A stretch of DNA of 64,000 nt from positions 23,622,001-23,686,000 of the forward strand of contig OX597840.1 in NCBI GenBank assembly GCA_951406725.2. The letters are read 5' to 3'. A program made the position numbers and the translations under genes. The notes beneath the pieces are model-generated. The model had not been told where the DNA came from. It saw only the letters and a list, made by a program, of their open reading frames with translations, and did not search any database. This DNA is from Octopus vulgaris. Taxonomy: Eukaryota. Every line of letters begins with the position of its first letter. Within the stretch, counting starts at the first letter, position 1. This document shows positions 14,278-28,659 of the stretch, in pieces.

Positions 14278-15304
14278 CGCCAAGATCCTCATGATCGTAA
14301 TAAAGATTCCATTTCATAGTAGTTCTCTAATTCTCTCATAGATGGCTCTACTGACTAGTGGGTTCCTTTCAGTTTCTCTCTTAGTTTCATTCTGTTAATA
14401 TCTGTATTGTGTGTCAAGGCGCTCATTATTATTAATTAGACTAATTAGTTATCGGTCTGTGATTTGCTGTTTTTGTCTGAATACGGTAAGTTGACGATGA
14501 TGATAATAATACTACTAATAACAATGTAATTAATAGAATTCTGTGAACTTCTCGGTGTCACAGTAATTATTTCGAAGCGGAAACATAAAAAATTTAGGAA
14601 AATATATTTCCTCGTCTTAAATAATAACTTCCAAAGTGAAATGTTGGTTTGTTGTTTCTGAAAACCTATGGTCGACTGTTCACGAACGAAATGCTGTTAA
14701 GCAAATTCTGGATGGCATCAACTCACTACTCTGGTCATGTTATGCCCACTATATTTTCGTTTTGGCTAGCTCCATTCCCATTAGCTTCTAACACCTTCCA
14801 ACTCAATCTACTTATGCAAGCATGGACAGTAAATGCATGACAATGGTAGTGATATAAAATATGCAATGTTCAATTACTTATGTTGGTCAACTATCCAGTT
14901 TTATCTTACTGCTTCTTTTCCTATTTCAGAATATCACAACATGTTGACGTGAAGGAAATCTCTCCATTCAGAAGTGTCTTTGATATTCTCATCACCTAAA
15001 GGAAGACAGTATATTTATAAGGAGCATTCATGAATAAGTCTACCTCTGTATATAAATACAGTCTATAACAAGGAACAGCGGAATATTTTTCTTTCTCTGG
15101 AATGTGGAGGAGGTGATTGCTTTCCTGGTGAATTAAAGTTGGATAAATTTACAAAGGAGTTGACAATTTCCATCTGCTGTTTTAGATATCGAGTAAGATC
15201 GTGGATGGAAGAAAGATTGCATTAAATAATTCTCTGCATGAAGTGACACGACGGAACAAAAACATATTCATAGAAAGGAAAAACACATTATCTTTGTGAT
15301 ATGT

Positions 15305-15955
15305 ATGATAAGTAATTCTCTCATAATGAATAATTTAAGTAAACCAGAAATCCCCGACACAGAGGATAAGGTATATATTTGTAATATCTGTGGTAAATCC
15401 TTCCTTCAGTATCGTTACTTAACTTATCACCAACGTACACATACAGGAGAGAAGCCATATCACTGTGATATCTGTGGTAAATCATTCTCTTATAATTGTC
15501 ATTTGGTTACTCACAAACGCGTTCACACGGGAGAGAGACCCTATTATTGTGATATCTGTGGTAAATCATTCTGTGAACGTACAGTTTTGACGAAACATAA
15601 GAAGATTCATACTGGTGAAAAACCATATCAGTGTGATATCTGTGGTAAATCATACTCTCGTAATAGTCAATTGGTTAGTCACAATCGCACTCATACAGGA
15701 GAGAGACCATTTAATTGTGATATCTGTGGTAAATCATTCTGTGAACGTAAAGTTTTAACTAACCATAAGAAGATTCATACTGGTGATAAACCATATCATT
15801 GTGATATCTGTGGTAAATCATTCTCTCAGAGTGGTAGTGTCACTACACACAAACGTACACATACAGGAGAAAAACCTTATCATTGTTATATCTGTGGTAA
15901 ATCATTCTCTCAAGGAAATCACTTGACTAATCACAAACTTACACATACATGGTAG
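15305..15955 (+). CDS. C2H2 zinc-finger protein (ZNF-B): 7 fingers, truncated by a premature stop; decayed fingers follow to about 16730
   Basis: Same N-terminus ([11 protein letters not shown]) as the paralogs; linker mutated to HTW*; donor 14485|gtaagt, acceptor |14930. Confidence 0.8.
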   Translation: MISNSLIMNNLSKPEIPDTEDKVYICNICGKSFLQYRYLTYHQRTHTGEKPYHCDICGKSFSYNCHLVTHKRVHTGERPYYCDICGKSFCERTVLTKHKKIHTGEKPYQCDICGKSYSRNSQLVSHNRTHTGERPFNCDICGKSFCERKVLTNHKKIHTGDKPYHCDICGKSFSQSGSVTTHKRTHTGEKPYHCYICGKSFSQGNHLTNHKLTHTW

Positions 15956-16601
15956 AGACCATATCATTGTGATATCTGGTAAACCATTCTCTCAAAGTAG
16001 TGACTTGACTATCATTGGTAAATCATTCTCTCAAAAGAAACACTTGATTTTGCACAGTCGTATATATACACGAGAGAAGCCATATCTTTATGTTATCTGG
16101 TAAATCATTCTCTCAAAGGAGTCATTTGGCTTATCACAAACTTACACATAGGTGTAGGAGTGGCTGTGTGGTAAGCAGCTTGTTTACCAACTACATGGTT
16201 CCGGGTTCAGTCCCACTGCGTGGCACCTTGGGCAAGTGTCTTTTACTAGAGCCTCAGGCCAACCAAAGCCTTGTGAGTGGATTTGGTAGACGGAAACTGA
16301 AAGACGCCCATTGTATATATGTATATATATGTGTGTGTATATGTTTGTGTGTCTGTGTTTGTCCCACCAACATTAATTGACAACCGATGCTGGTGTGTTT
16401 ACGTCACCGTAACTTAGTGGTTCAGCAAAAGAGACCGATAGAATCAGTACTAGGCTTACAAAGAATAAGTCCTGGTGTCGATTTGCTCGACTAAAGGCGG
16501 TGCTCCAGAATGGCCACAGTCAAATGACTCAAACAAGTAAAAGAGTATTAGGGAGAGAAACCATATCAATGTAATTACTGTGCTAAATCATTTGCCCTTA
16601 A

Positions 16602-16724
<123 letters not shown>

Positions 16725-18249
16725 TAACCTTGCATTAGTTGTTGTAATTCATTTTTTGCAAATGGTGTTGTAACTACACACGAAAATCTTCATACCAGAC
16801 ACAACCTATGTAATGGTCATGTCTGTGTTAAAGCATTCTCTCATAGACCTAACTTATCTGTCCATGAACGAAACCCCAACATGAGAGTAGCCATGTCCGT
16901 GTGGTAAATGATTCTCTCGAAAAAGCCACATGCATAAACATGTGGGTATTCACAGAGACGTGTTACTGTCTCAATGTCAAATTTTATTAAGTCATAACAA
17001 TAATTAACACTATTTGGTCTGCTAAAACCCAGGCTTTTTCCTTTCATCAGTTATAGGAATTTCTTAATAAAGAATAATGAATAAAATATTTACTTTGTGC
17101 TTGCTTTTTTGCACTATATCTAGACCCTGTTCCCTTTGTACCTTAAATCTGTCAACTGGCACAAAGTGACGTTCCTTCAATACTACCTTCCTCCCTGCCA
17201 GTTTTGAGCTATTTTGTCTTACAGGGTCCTTGAGGACCATGTCGGGTTTGTTGTCACATAGAATTCGCTGGTGAGGGTCCCAGGAAAAAGGCAATTGTGC
17301 TGATGCTGGACCCATATCACAAGCACTGGTGATGGTGATGAGATGACACAAAAAGAAGTATTGATGGTGGTGACACGTAAAATGCACGGATAAGGGGCTC
17401 ATATTATAAGCACAGGTACTAGTGCCAACTCAGAGGCACTAGTGATGGTGTCCCATAAAAACAAAGCACCCAGTGCTCTCTGTAAAAGGGTTGACATATG
17501 CGCAGGAGTGGCTGTGTGGTAAGTAGCTTGCTTATCAACCACATGGTTCCGGGTTCAGTCCCCCTGCATGGCACCTTGGGCAAGTGTCTTCTACTATAGC
17601 CTCGGGCTGACCAAAGCCTTGTGAGTGGATTCGGTAGACGGAAACTGAAAGAAGCCCGTCGTATATATATATATATGTGTTTGTCCTCTCAACATCGCTT
17701 GACAACCGATGCTGGTGCGTTCACCTCCCCATTACTTAGTGGTTCAGCAAAGGAGACCGATAGAATAAGTACTAGGCTTACAAAGAATAAGTCTTGGTGT
17801 CGATTTGCTCGACTAAAAGGTGGTGCTCCAGCATGGCCATAGTAAATGACTGAAACAAGTAAAAGAGTCAAGAGTAAGAGTATTAGGAAATGCATTCTGC
17901 TGTAGAAAAGCCAAATCAGACAAGGGAAACTGGTGCAACTCATGGCTTTGTCAGCTCTGGTCAACCTATCCAACATATGCCTGTATGGAACACAGACATT
18001 AAATTTTGAGGAAGAAAGCATGTATAGTGTGGTGTTATGGGCTGTGATGAGCTATGTGGTGTTGGTGGAGAGGATTGCAGATGAGGTAGACAGAAGTGAA
18101 GACTGCAGGGGCCGGAGGAACAGCCACGGGGCATGCATGGGCAGGAAGTTCAAGGAGAGACAGCAGCGTGCAAGGACATGTTCATTTCTTGACAGTGATT
18201 GCTCATCCCGCCTAGGTCAACAGGTAAGGCCTTTTGTATTTCTTTCTCC

Positions 18250-19000
18250 GGGTAAGGGTGATTAGGTGATGGTCTAGGGCTTAGGGGCGGGAGAGCCCAG
18301 ACCTTGGAAAAAACAAAAAAACTTTGGTTCTTTTGTTGTATTTGAGGAATCTTTGTTGACGCCTGATACCACTGGGAGGTGGCCCTCTTAGTCGCTGGAA
18401 CTGGAGATCCCCAGGTCCAAATTCTTGAACTGTTGGGGTTAGTGTTGGTGTTGGTGGTGATGGCAGAGAGAGGTGGCAGCAGTGACAGGAACAGCAATGG
18501 TGGCAGTAGCAGCGAAGGTGATGCCAGCAGTGGCGATGGTGAAAGCGGCAGTGCTTGTTGGTGTTGGTGTTGCTAAGCAACAAGACGGGTAAAGGTGATT
18601 AGGTGATGGTCTAGGGCTTAGGGTCGGGAGCCCCAGACCTTGGAAAAAAAGGGATTTTTGTTGACACCTGACACCCATGGGAGGTGGCCCTCGAAGTCGT
18701 TGGAAATGAGATCTCCAGGTCCAATTCTTGAACGGCAGCAAAGTAGCTAATGTCGATGGTGTGTGGAAGGACCTTTCAAGTGTTTGACCTAAGGGTGATT
18801 AGGTGATGGTCTAGGGCTTAGGGGCGGGAGACCCCAGACCTTGGTAAAAACAAAAAAACTTTGGTCGTCTTGTAGTCGAGGGATCTTTGTTGACTCCTGA
18901 CACCACTGGGAGGTGGCCCTCGAAGTCGCTTGAAAAGGAGATCTCCAGGTCCAATTCTTGAAAGGCGGCAAAGTAGCTGATGTCGATGGTGTGTTGAAGG
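18250..19000. repeat. Three copies of a unit of about 200 bp, each headed by degenerate telomere-like G-tracts
   Basis: taagggtgattaggtgatggtctagggcttagggg at about 18253, 18589 and 18790. Confidence 0.85.
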
Positions 19001-20034
19001 ACCTTTCAAGTGTTTGGCCTCACAGAGACAATGATGAATAACTCAGACCTTTTGCATTATATCTTGCTTGTGAAAGATATCAAACCAAGTAAAATCAGAG
19101 TGGCTGGTGTTAGATAAGATCATCCAGCAGTAGAAACCATGCCAAATCAGACCCAGTCTGGAGCAGCCTTCCAGTCCTGGTCAAACCGTCTGAACCATGT
19201 CAACTTGGACAACGGACATTAAGTGAGGATAATGATGATGACTTTGGTTAAAGCGAGGTATAGCTGAAGGTGGCGAGCTGGCAGAATCGTCAGCACGTCA
19301 GGCGAAATGCTTAGCGGTATTTCGGCTGCCGTTACGTTCTGAGTTCAAATTCCACCGAGGCCGACTTTGCCTCTCCTCCTTTCGAGGTTGATTAAATAAG
19401 TACCAGTTATGCACTGGGGTCGATGTAATCAACTTAATCCATTTGTCTGTCCTTGTTTTTCCTCTGTGTTTAACCCCTTGTGGGTAGTAAAGTAATAGGT
19501 ATTTCATCTGTCGTTATGTTATGAGTTCAAATTCCGCCCAGGTCGACTTTGCCTTTCATCCTTTCGGGGTCGATAAATTAAGTACCAGTTACGCACTGGG
19601 GTCGATGTAATCGACTTAATACCTATGTTTGTCCCGTCTATGTTTAGCCCCTTGTGGGTTATAAAGAAATAGGTATAGCTGAAGGCACTTGCTCAATGTG
19701 CTCTGCATTGGGATTGAACCCTAAACCATGAGGTTGGAAAGAAAGTTCCTTACCACACAAACAACCCTGTCTGCATTTTTTGACTGTTTGGTTGTAGGTA
19801 ATCCCTGATGCGAATGCATGTTCATAGAATAAGCTATTATTGTTATAGGCTAAGGAGTGGCTGTGTGGTAAGTAGCTTGCTTACCAACCACATGGTTCCG
19901 GGTTCAGTCCCACTACATAACACCTACTATAGCCTTGGGCTGACTAAAGCCTTGTGAGTGGATTTGGTAGACAGAAAATGAAAGAAGCCCGTCGTATATA
20001 TGTATGTATGTATATATATATATATATATATATA

Positions 20035-20750
20035 TCATCATCGTTTAATGTCCGCTTTCCATGCTAGCATGGGTTGGACGGTGCAACTGAGGTCTGGGAA
20101 GCCAGAAGGCTGCACCAGGCCCAGTCTGATCTGGCAGTGTTTCTACGGCTGGATGCCCTTCCTAACGCCAACCACTCCATGAGTGTAGTGGGTGCTTTTT
20201 ACATGCCAGATGAGGCTGGTGAACGGCCACACTCTGCCACCGGCACGGAGGCCAGGCGAGGCTGGCAATGGCCACAATCGGATGGTGTTTGTTATGTGCC
20301 ACCGGCACGGAGGCCAGGTGAGGCTGGCAATGGCCACAATCGGATGGTGTTTGTTATGTGCCACCGGCACGGAGGCCAGTCGATGCGGCACTGGCTATGG
20401 CCACGTTTGGATGGTTCTCTTATGTGCCACCGGAACTAGTATCACAACTTCAAATTCTATTGATGTTCATCGATTTCGATTTTCACTTGCCTCAACAGGT
20501 CTTCACAAGTAGAGTTTTGTGTCCCTAGAAGGAAGGTATGCACAGGTGGACTGACTACGTCCCAGGTAGAGGCCACGGGTTTTGGCCTCACTTGTCCTGC
20601 CGGGTCTTCTCACGCACACATCATACTTCCAAAGGTCTTGGTCTCTGGTCATTTCCCCGGTGAGACTTCATGAGCGAAGTTTGTGCTTCACCACTTCGTC
20701 CCAGGTTTTCATGGGTCCACCTCTTCCACAGGTTCCCTCAACCACTAGGG
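20035..20750 (-). mobile_element. RTE 3' fragment inserted into a SINE (SINE halves at about 19850-20030 and 20750-20965)
   Basis: Same RTE 3' UTR with about 61-bp repeats; splits the SINE at its internal microsatellite. Confidence 0.8.
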
Positions 20751-21194
20751 TGTATGTGTATGTTTGTGTGTCTGTGTTTGTCCCCACAACATTGCTTGAC
20801 AACTGATGGTGGTGTGTTTACATCCCCGTAACATAGCGGTTCAGCAAAAGTGACTGATAGAATAAGTGCTAGGCTTACAAAGAATTAGTCCCGGGATCGA
20901 TTTGCTCGACTAAAGGCGGTGCTCCAACATGGCCACAGCCACATGACTGATACAAGTAAAAGAGTATGTCTTACAGTGACGACATAGATATAGGAAATAA
21001 CATATTCTACAGTGAAGATAATGAAATTGAGGCCGGCATTAGGCAATTTGAGACGAAAATCTCTATAAATTACACCAATAACCAATTGCATGGTTCCTGT
21101 ATCTGGGGACCGGTATTTTGTAACAGAATATATTAGTAAACTTTCTTAAAATGACCAGGTGAAAATTTAAAAAAAAACAGAATTGAAAGTGAAA

Positions 21195-21589
21195 TCTCTA
21201 TGTGTATAAAGCTGAAGTTGTCTGTGTGTGGCAGGTTTGGTAGCCTTCAACTAACACTATCTCCTCCGAGACCCTGCAGTGCAAGATGACCAAAATTGAG
21301 AGTATGATAGAAGATGGCTTGCTCTTCATTCCGTAGAAGATAAAATTCAAATCGGACCATGTTAACACCAAAATTATTTACATCAAAAAGGTGCCTCTTT
21401 TTTTTCTATGAAAATCCCTATATTTTACGATTTTTTTACTGTTGTGTCGACATTTCTCGGTGTATTTCAACCAGAGAAATGTTTACTTAAAGAGAATAAG
21501 AAGCTACATTATGCAACATCTTTACTTTTCAAAAATTCCAATTCTAAAGGGTCGAAACAAACCCGAGCAACGCCGGGTTACACTGCTGG
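21195..21589 (+). mobile_element. Non-autonomous Helitron
   Basis: A|TC 5' end, subterminal hairpin cccgagcaacgccggg, CTGG|T 3' end. Confidence 0.7.
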
Positions 21590-23638
21590 TAGTTAATATA
21601 AGGGAACAGACTAAAGTGCTGGAACGAATCCAAGCAGTCAGTAGAGACATCTATTGGAGAATTCAAGAAATACAATCATATAAAGGGAAGTAACTTCTAC
21701 ACTACATCAACCAAGCTCCAATTATTAATTAAGGTGCTTAATTAGCGATCGCTGACTCGCAGTTTGGATCTGAACAGGGTAAGTTGACAAAGATTTACTT
21801 TAAGGCTTTAATGATGATAATAATACTAATAATAATATTGTAAATCATAGAATTCTGTGAATCTTTCGATGTTACAATAATTATTTCGAAGCGAAAACAT
21901 AAAAATATAAGGAAAATATATTAATTCGTCTTAAATAATATTTTCTTCTTTAGATACAAGACCTGAAATTTGAGGGCGGTCAATAGTCGATTACATCGGC
22001 TCCAATATTTAACTGGTATTTAATTTATCGACCCAGAAGGAATAAAAGGTTAAAGTCAGCCTCGACGGAATTTGAACTCAGAACGTACCTCGTCTTAATT
22101 AATAACTTCCAAACTGAAATGTTGGTTTGTTGTTTCTGAAAACCTATGATCGGATGTTAGATGTGATATAGAGGAAATTTATTTGGGCATTCCGTAACAA
22201 ACTTTTTTTTTTTACATATGGACTTGCGGGAACTTTTTGAAGTAATGAGAGCGAAAGAGACTAAGAGAAAGCGATTTTATGACGAGGGAAGTTCTTTTGA
22301 AGTTACCGTCCAGGGGAAGCATTGATGTACATGTGTGTGTGTGTGTTTGATGGGGTGTGGGAGACAGACAGTATGTTGTGTAGGTGAAGTGCTTCTGTTA
22401 GTGTGTGTGAAGAGACAGAGAGAGTAATGTGTGAAAGAGAGAGATAACTGAAATTTTTTACTCGGTGTATGTGTATATGTATGTATGCATGTATTTGTGT
22501 GTGTATGTATCTATGTATGTGTGTGTGTGTGTATCTATGTATGTGTGTGTGTGTATGTATCTATATATGTGTGTGTGTGTATGTATGTATGGCCGAGAAG
22601 AATATCTATTCATGAGAAGAATATCTCCACCTCATTTTATAACTCTCCCGTCTTTTTCTTACCAGTTCGCCATCGTCACATCAACAGAGACATTAAGGCT
22701 GCACAGTAGCAGTCGACAAGGCATGTATAACGATTAAATAAAAAAAATTTTGTCTATATCTTCGATCACTGTCATTATTCCATTGAGTCAACCTCATTAT
22801 TTTCTACATAGCAGACCGTTACATAAATAGGCAAAGGTAATCTTTCGTTTTAACTCGAAATAATGTAAACACTGAATCGGCCATACATACACACACACAT
22901 ACATACACACACACATACATACACACACACATACATAGATACATACATATACACATACACCGAGTAAAAAATTTCAGTTATCTCTCTCTTTCACACATTA
23001 CTCTCTCTGTCTCTTTACACACACTAACACAAGCACTTCACTTACACAACATACTGTCTGTCTCCCACACCCCATCAAACACACACACACACATGTACAT
23101 CAATGCTTCCCCTGCTATGACAAGTAACAATGCTTCTTTATCATTAACTCTGATCACTTCATAAACAGCCCATTTCACTTGTGGCAACTTTGCTCTGTGA
23201 AATTCTGGATGGCATCAACTCACTACTCTGGTCATGTTATGCCCACTATATTTTTGTTTTGGCTAGCTCCATTCCCATTAGCTTCTAACACCTTCCAACT
23301 CAATCTACTTATGCAAGCATGGACAGTAAATGCATGACAATGGTAGTGATATAAAATCTGCAATCTTTGATTACTTATGTTGGTCAACTATCCAGTTTTA
23401 TCTTACTGCTTCTTTTCCTATTTCAGAATATCACAACATTTGACGTTAAGGAAATCTCTCCATTCAGAATTGTCTTTGATATTCTCATCACATAAAGGAA
23501 GACAGTATATTTATAAGGAGCATTCATGAATAAGTCTACCTCTGTATATAAATACAGTCTATAACAAGGAACAGCGAAATATTTTTCTTTCTGTGGAATG
23601 TATGGAAGAAACATTGCATTAAATTGTTATCTGAATGA

Positions 23639-24949
<1,311 letters not shown>

Positions 24950-26429
24950 TCCCGCATTAGTTGTTGTAATTCATTTTTTGCAAATGCTGTTGTAACTACA
25001 CACGAAAATCTTCATACAAGACACAACCTATGTAATGGTCTTGTCTGTGTTAAAGCATTCTCTCATAGACTTAACTTAACTGTCCATGAACGAATCCCTA
25101 CATGAAAGTAACCATTTCAGTGTGACATGTGTGGCAAATCATTCTCTCGAAAAAGCCACATGCATAAACATGTGGGTATTCACAGAGACGTGTTACTGTC
25201 TCAATGTCAAAATTTATTAAGTCATAACAATAATTAACACTATTTGGTCTGCTAAAACCCAGGCTTTTTCCTTTCATCAGTTATAGGAATTTCTTAATAA
25301 AGAATAATGAATAAAATATTTATTTTGTGCTTGTTTTTTTGCACTATATCTGGACCCTGTTCCCTTTCTCCCTTAAACCTGTCAAAGTGACGTTCCTTCA
25401 ATACTACCTTCCTTCCTTGCCAGTTTTGAGCTATTTTGTCTTGCAAGGTCCTTGGGGACCATGTCGGTTTGTAAAATGGTTGACATTAGGAAATGCATTC
25501 TGCTGTAGAAAAGCCAAATCAGACAAGGGAAACTGGTGCAGCACATGGCTTTGTCAGCTCTGGTTGAAGCATCCAACATATGCCTGAATAGAAAACAAAC
25601 ATTAAACGATGTAGGAAGTATTCTTAGCAAGGTGAAGCGCTTGTCCTTTGACATGCACAACAGCAACTAACATTTTTCTCCTCTTATTCTCCTCCAAAGT
25701 ATTGTGAACAAATATGCAAATATTTGTTGCGTCTGTTATTTTATAATGAATACATGCAATGTGTCAAATCACTGGCAGAAACTTCAGCACACCGGGCAAA
25801 ATTGTTTTTGGTATTTCGTCTGTCTTTCCATTCTGTGTTGAAATTTTGCTGAGGTCGACTTTCACTTCCATTCTTTAAGGATTGATGAATTAAGTACCAG
25901 TTGCCTAATGCTGTCAACCTAATCAATTTCGAATCTTGTGCCATGAGTAGAAAAGAGGGATCTTTTCAGTTTGAACGGCAGTGTTTTTCTAGTGGTGTTA
26001 TATGAAATTGTCACCCATAATTATGACCCTAGTATCGATCTATTGCATTTCAATCTCTTTTAGGGTTAGGGGTGGGGGGAAGGGTATCTTTTTGGTTTCA
26101 CAAATGTAAATAAACCCAATCTGTTTCTTAAACAAGGGACATATTCATATGGCACAGATGCGAACATGTGACTTACCTACGTCGCCAACCTCCAAATACG
26201 GTTGTATTTCCTTGCAAACCCCCTCATACCATTGCCCACCGCATTTTACCACCCAGTATAAATTTTGGGGCCAATCCGACTCCATCTACCGCCCCTTAAA
26301 TGGTTCCCATCCTAAAATGAGACAAATAACCAAGAAATCAAACAACTTTTTCGCATTTCAGCTTCATAGATATTGATAATGGATATAGACATAAATACAA
26401 TCATAACAGTCTACAAGGAGGCGAAGGTG

Positions 26430-26870
26430 TAACACAACTATAGCAAAAGATTTTTTAGAAGTAACTGAACAACAGTCTAGAAAATTGTCAAAAAATTTTA
26501 AGAGATTGGTTCCACGGCTGGGCGCCCTGGACGTGGCCAAAAAAGAAATGTGCGGACCCTTCAGCTTATCAAATGTATCAAAGAGAAGACAGTGAAATCT
26601 TCGTCGTTCCCTCAGAAAACTGGATGCTACAGTAAAAATAAGCTGAACATCGGTGTATCCAAGCGCTGAAGGAGTGTCTCAGGACCCAACGATAAAAGAT
26701 GATCCGTTGTCATGAGCTCACACAAGTTTACAAAGCCATGGAACTGGAGAGGAATCGTCTTAGCATGCGTGAGATTGTTGATGAAAAGGAATTTGACATC
26801 GAATAGATAGTAAACCAGCAGAATGGCCAGCCTTTGTGTGTATCTGGCTCCGTCGAGGGTGGATCGATAA
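26430..26870 (+). mobile_element. Degraded Tc1/mariner-superfamily transposase fragment
   Basis: Hand translation gives GSTAGRPGRGQKRNVRTLQLIKCIKEK (HTH linker) and a DEK-FDIE-VNQQN-like segment; heavily broken. Confidence 0.5.
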
Positions 26871-27450
26871 ATTGACGTCAATATGTGATGCTTGCATACT
26901 ACTTCCAACATAAAACCGAGCGACCATATCCATAACAGTGAGGTACTATCAAAATGCAGCATATCAGGTACTGGAGCCATCCTCATCACCATACAGTTGA
27001 GATGGTCAGGTCATCTCTCACGTATTCCAAAGCAACTTCTCTTAGGCCAATTCCTATAAGGAAGGTCAGTTGAAAGGTCACTCCTACGCTTCAAAGGCAA
27101 ACTAAAAAAACAATCTGAAGTGATGCAACATGCCCTTTTCTCCCTGGGAAACCAAAGCACCAGATCGCAGAAGCTAATACTAGACCTTCTTCTCGTCAGG
27201 TTTGAGAATAATCGGCTCCAACAACGGGAACAACTTCGTGCAAGCATAAAGGTACGCTGGCAAAACACTATTCCACTAAATAGAAACCTCGCATGTCATT
27301 GTGGTTTTGGGGCACGAAGCAAAGCAGGCTTTATTGTCCGCTGAAGAAAACACATGGTAAATGATCCAGAAGCACTGAAACAAAGTGAGCACTCAACTGG
27401 TTTTATTTGCCAAAAGATTTGCAAGGCACCAGGGGGCATCAAGAGAGACA
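26870..27450 (+). mobile_element. Degraded RTE/BovB-like LINE 3' fragment
   Basis: QLRWSGHLSRIPKQLL and RFKGKLK, followed by C2H2-like remnants. Confidence 0.55.
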
Positions 27451-28499
27451 TTCGCGTCCAGAGAACACGGTTAACGCTTTATTTTACTGAACCTCTATTT
27501 GTTGTTCACGACGAGAGAATCCATCATATATGTGTGTATGTGTGCATGTATGTGTATGTGTGTCTGTGTGCGTGTGTGTGTGTATGCGTGTGTGTGTCTG
27601 TGCATGTATGTGTGTATGCGTGTGTGTGTGCGCACGTGTGCGTGTATATGTGTGTGTGTGTATGTGTGCGGGTGTGTGTGCGTGTGTGTGTATGTGTGTG
27701 TGCACGTGTGTGCATGTATATGTGTGTGTGCGCGTGTATGAGTGTGTGTGTGTGTGTGTGTATTCACACAGTTTGATGTGTTGAATTGAACCAATCGCCC
27801 CCAGTAATTGTCTTTTCTCAGGCAGCTACTCATTCGTTCCTTCTCTCTTTTTGTTGAAGTGCCATGTTACAGGGACATGGACATAGCCAATAGAATCCAC
27901 ACGCACACACACTTACGTACACACATATACACACATACACACATGCACTCACGCATGAGTTCGCGCGCACACACGCACAAACACACACATATACGTTCCA
28001 ATGCAAAGAAATGCAAATTTTATTTTATTTATGAATATGTAATGAGCAAAACTGAAAGGAATTCTAAACATTTTAATTTTTATTAAAGAAAACATTAATA
28101 AAGTAACTTATATCTGTGTACTCTTCATTTTTTTCTTGTTCATTATGTATATATACATGTAGATATGTATATACGTATATATATACATGTATGTATGTAT
28201 GTATGTATGTATGCATGCATGCATGCATGTATGTATGTATATATGTATGCATCCATGCATGTATGTATGTATATATGTATGTATGTATGCATATATGAAT
28301 GTATGTATGTATGCATGTATGTATGCATGTATGTATGCATGTATGTATGTATATATGTATGTATGTATATGTGTATGTATTTATGTATGTATGTATGTAT
28401 GCATGCATGCATGTATGTATGTATGCATGCATGTATGTATGTGTGTATGTATGCATACATGCATGTATGTATGTATGTATGTACGTACGTATGTATGTA

Positions 28500-28615
28500 T
28501 TGCATCTTATTACAAGTCAGTAGCTTGCGGATTTTCCTGTCAATTTTCATTATTTCACTAGTATTCCAGTTGAGCACATTGAAGCTATAAAGAACAACTG
28601 GTACTGCTAAGGAAT
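28500..28615 (-). mobile_element. Short R4/Dong-like RT fragment
   Basis: NSLAVPVVLYSFNVLNWNTSEIMKIDRKIRKLLT resembles the neighbouring element but is diverged. Confidence 0.7.
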
Positions 28616-28620
28616 TATTA

Positions 28621-28656
<36 letters not shown>

Positions 28657-28659
<3 letters not shown>

